64,000 nt of DNA from Candidatus Latescibacterota bacterium. Its GTDB lineage: Bacteria; Latescibacterota; UBA2968; GCA-2709665. Below are positions 62,076 through 64,000 of the stretch, in pieces. Positions within the stretch are counted from its first letter, which is position 1. Every line of letters starts with the position of its first letter. Under the pieces are notes generated by a model. That model saw nothing but the letters and a program-made list of their open reading frames with translations, did no database searches and was not told where the DNA came from. Where the stretch lies: assembly GCA_965226795.1 (NCBI GenBank), contig CBDDDZ010000005.1, forward strand, positions 1,760,001 through 1,824,000, read 5' to 3'. Position numbers and translations under genes: made by a program.

Positions 62076-63416
62076 TTAAGACGCCTCCCGCTCCTCAGCT
62101 GGCCTCAGGGGTAGTGAAATCAGGAACGTGGTGCCAATTTCCGGTAAACTTTCCTGAACGGAAATCCTGCCCCGGTGATAGTCTTCGATTATGCGTTTGA
62201 CAAATGCCAGCCCCAGCCCCCAACCCCGTTCCTTTGTACTGTAGCCGGGTAGAAATACCTGCTTCAGTAGATGGGGCTGGATCCCTTTGCCATTGTCCCG
62301 CACTCGCACGTCCACCCACTCGCCTTCGGACCTCACCTCCGCTGAAATCTCTATCTTGCCTCCCTTGCCTTCCATTGCGTCCGCGGCATTTTTGAATAGA
62401 TTCTCGAAAGCCCAGCCCAGCAACTGCCGATTCAACGGGACCGGAGGAACTTCGTAGCTCCGCTGCACAATCTGGACCTCCCGGGAGAGTCGACCGCGCA
62501 GATAGGATGCCGTCTCCTCGATTACACGACAAAGGTTTTCCAGACGGAGTTCGGGCGTGGAGCCGATAAGACTGAAACGAGACACGATCTTATTCAACCG
62601 GCTGGTATCCTCCTCCATCGCAACCACGATCTGGTCGAATCGCCCGCGCGTCTCTTCATCAACCGGGCCGGAAGAATGCTCGAGTTCAGTCTTTATCAGT
62701 TCAATCCAACCGTAAAGCGAGGAAAGAGGCGTGCCGAGTTGATGAGCAGTCTCACGTGCCATCCCTACCCAGATTGATCTCTGTTCGCTGTTTTTGATAT
62801 TGCGAAATCCAAGATAGCCGACTCCGACAAAGAGCGCCGTTACACAAAGCGCGACCCACGGCAGCCATGCCAACCGTCGTACCAGCGGTGAATCGCCATA
62901 GTGCAGCACGCGCGGGCCGATCTGAGAAATTTCAAACGAATACGGTGGATTCTCGGTGTCCAGCCGGCGAACGATCCGCTGCATCTGCCTCAAGTCGTCC
63001 TGACTGAGGTCTCTCGGGTTGCCCAGCGGAATTTCTATGGCCTTCCACATATGGGGTTCGCCCCTGGAGCCGGTAATGACCACGGGGAAAGTGGTATTGG
63101 AAATGGTCTGGAAGATAAACTCGACGTCGAGTTCGCTGACAACCACGGTATCCTGGGTGGCCATGCCGTAGAAGAAGGCAAGCCGCTTGATAATGTCGCG
63201 GGAATCCCGACGCATCGGATCCACGACGAAGATCTGCATATACACGAGGAACGCCAGGATAATCACGGTTGCCGCCAGAAACAGATATGCGCCGAGACTG
63301 TGGGAGTTCTGGAGCCCCACCCTCAGACGACCTCCCCGCACTACCGACGTGCCCTGGTTCCCGGTGTACCCGGGTCCACCTGTTCGACCTTTGACATCCT
63401 TTGTTCGAGCGCCCAT
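62076..63416 (-). CDS. membrane sensor histidine kinase
   Basis: Two TM segments, WVGMARETAHQLGTPLSSL H-box, ENLFKNAADA, DNGKGI, GWGLGL. Confidence 0.95.
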   Translation of the reverse strand: MGARTKDVKGRTGGPGYTGNQGTSVVRGGRLRVGLQNSHSLGAYLFLAATVIILAFLVYMQIFVVDPMRRDSRDIIKRLAFFYGMATQDTVVVSELDVEFIFQTISNTTFPVVITGSRGEPHMWKAIEIPLGNPRDLSQDDLRQMQRIVRRLDTENPPYSFEISQIGPRVLHYGDSPLVRRLAWLPWVALCVTALFVGVGYLGFRNIKNSEQRSIWVGMARETAHQLGTPLSSLYGWIELIKTELEHSSGPVDEETRGRFDQIVVAMEEDTSRLNKIVSRFSLIGSTPELRLENLCRVIEETASYLRGRLSREVQIVQRSYEVPPVPLNRQLLGWAFENLFKNAADAMEGKGGKIEISAEVRSEGEWVDVRVRDNGKGIQPHLLKQVFLPGYSTKERGWGLGLAFVKRIIEDYHRGRISVQESLPEIGTTFLISLPLRPAEEREAS

Positions 63417-63864
63417 CGTTACGGATCCCTTCTCCTACCTCAACGTCCTGGGTCTCCTTAAGTTCCGTACCATCCGCTCAACATCAGCGTTCGAGTCCGT
63501 ACGGCCCCGTCAGTCGACTCCAATTTTCGCGATCCTTCATGATCACCTGCCGGCATCGCTTTTCCGATCCGGCCAAGCGTCGCAAAACGGGCAACGAGGC
63601 GTTCACGCCGGAGTTTTGCGGCGGCCGGAAGACCCGTCCAGGACTGTATGTCGATACTCAGAAAGTATACGCATTTTGCAAGCACCCAGTCAACCAAAGA
63701 AAAACCGTTTGCAAAATATGTTTCATTTTTATATATTTATGGCCATCAATTCCGGGAAGACGAGGCATGCTTTCAAGAAACCGGAATGGCGTTCGGTCGT
63801 CAACTTCCATTGGTCTTGAGCATGGCTTGTTTCTGCAGGAAACGGAAAGGGGGGAGTCCAGCTT

Positions 63865-64000
63865 ATGGCCAGGGTTGTGGTGAGAGATGACGAGCCATTT
63901 GAAAAAGCGCTGAAAAGGTTTAAGAAAATCTGCGAAAAAGCAGGAATAATGACCGAGATGAAAAAGCATCAGCATTTCGAAAAACCCAGCGAGCGCCGTA
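63865..64000 (+). CDS. rpsU: 30S ribosomal protein S21 (cut by window end; not in the ORF track)
   Basis: Translates as [55 protein letters not shown]. Confidence 0.96.
   Translation, partial: MARVVVRDDEPFEKALKRFKKICEKAGIMTEMKKHQHFEKPSERR

Noticed and set aside
1..64000. CRISPR arrays, tRNA/rRNA genes, prophage or integrase genes
   Set aside because: None seen on manual reading; tRNAscan-SE and CRISPR finders were not run

Overview
GC-rich bacterial chromosomal window with about 45 genes and no rRNA, tRNA or CRISPR array that I could see. The right end has a His kinase, a PorX-type REC-PglZ regulator and tsaE, with rpsU divergent. That block, plus many Gfo/Idh/MocA, sulfatase and sugar-kinase genes, suggests an FCB-superphylum organism such as a Latescibacterota-like lineage (inference). 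Main contents: (1) sugar/acid catabolic genes; (2) two separate loci that pair fused ABC exporters with a DUF1854 gene, with three exporter paralogs that each have an N-terminal soluble domain and a C-x2-C-x10-C-x2-C zinc ribbon (two are frameshifted); (3) a double-length UvrA with a candidate SOS box in its promoter; (4) a TIM-barrel/oxidoreductase/sulfatase/phnA cluster; (5) a complete IS1380-family element with inverted repeats and a CTAG(T) target duplication that splits a DNA-alkylation-repair gene; (6) surface-polysaccharide genes (gmd, CysE-like acetyltransferase, GT2, GT4, flippase) beside an OGG1-type glycosylase; (7) a Rieske/helical protein, orphan RND pump and queC run; (8) a KamA radical SAM enzyme, UPF0182 and murQ; (9) an atypical ClpX-like ATPase divergent from rqcH/NFACT, with a structured spacer that carries tmRNA-like motifs. 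All calls come from motif recognition by eye. No database searches were run.
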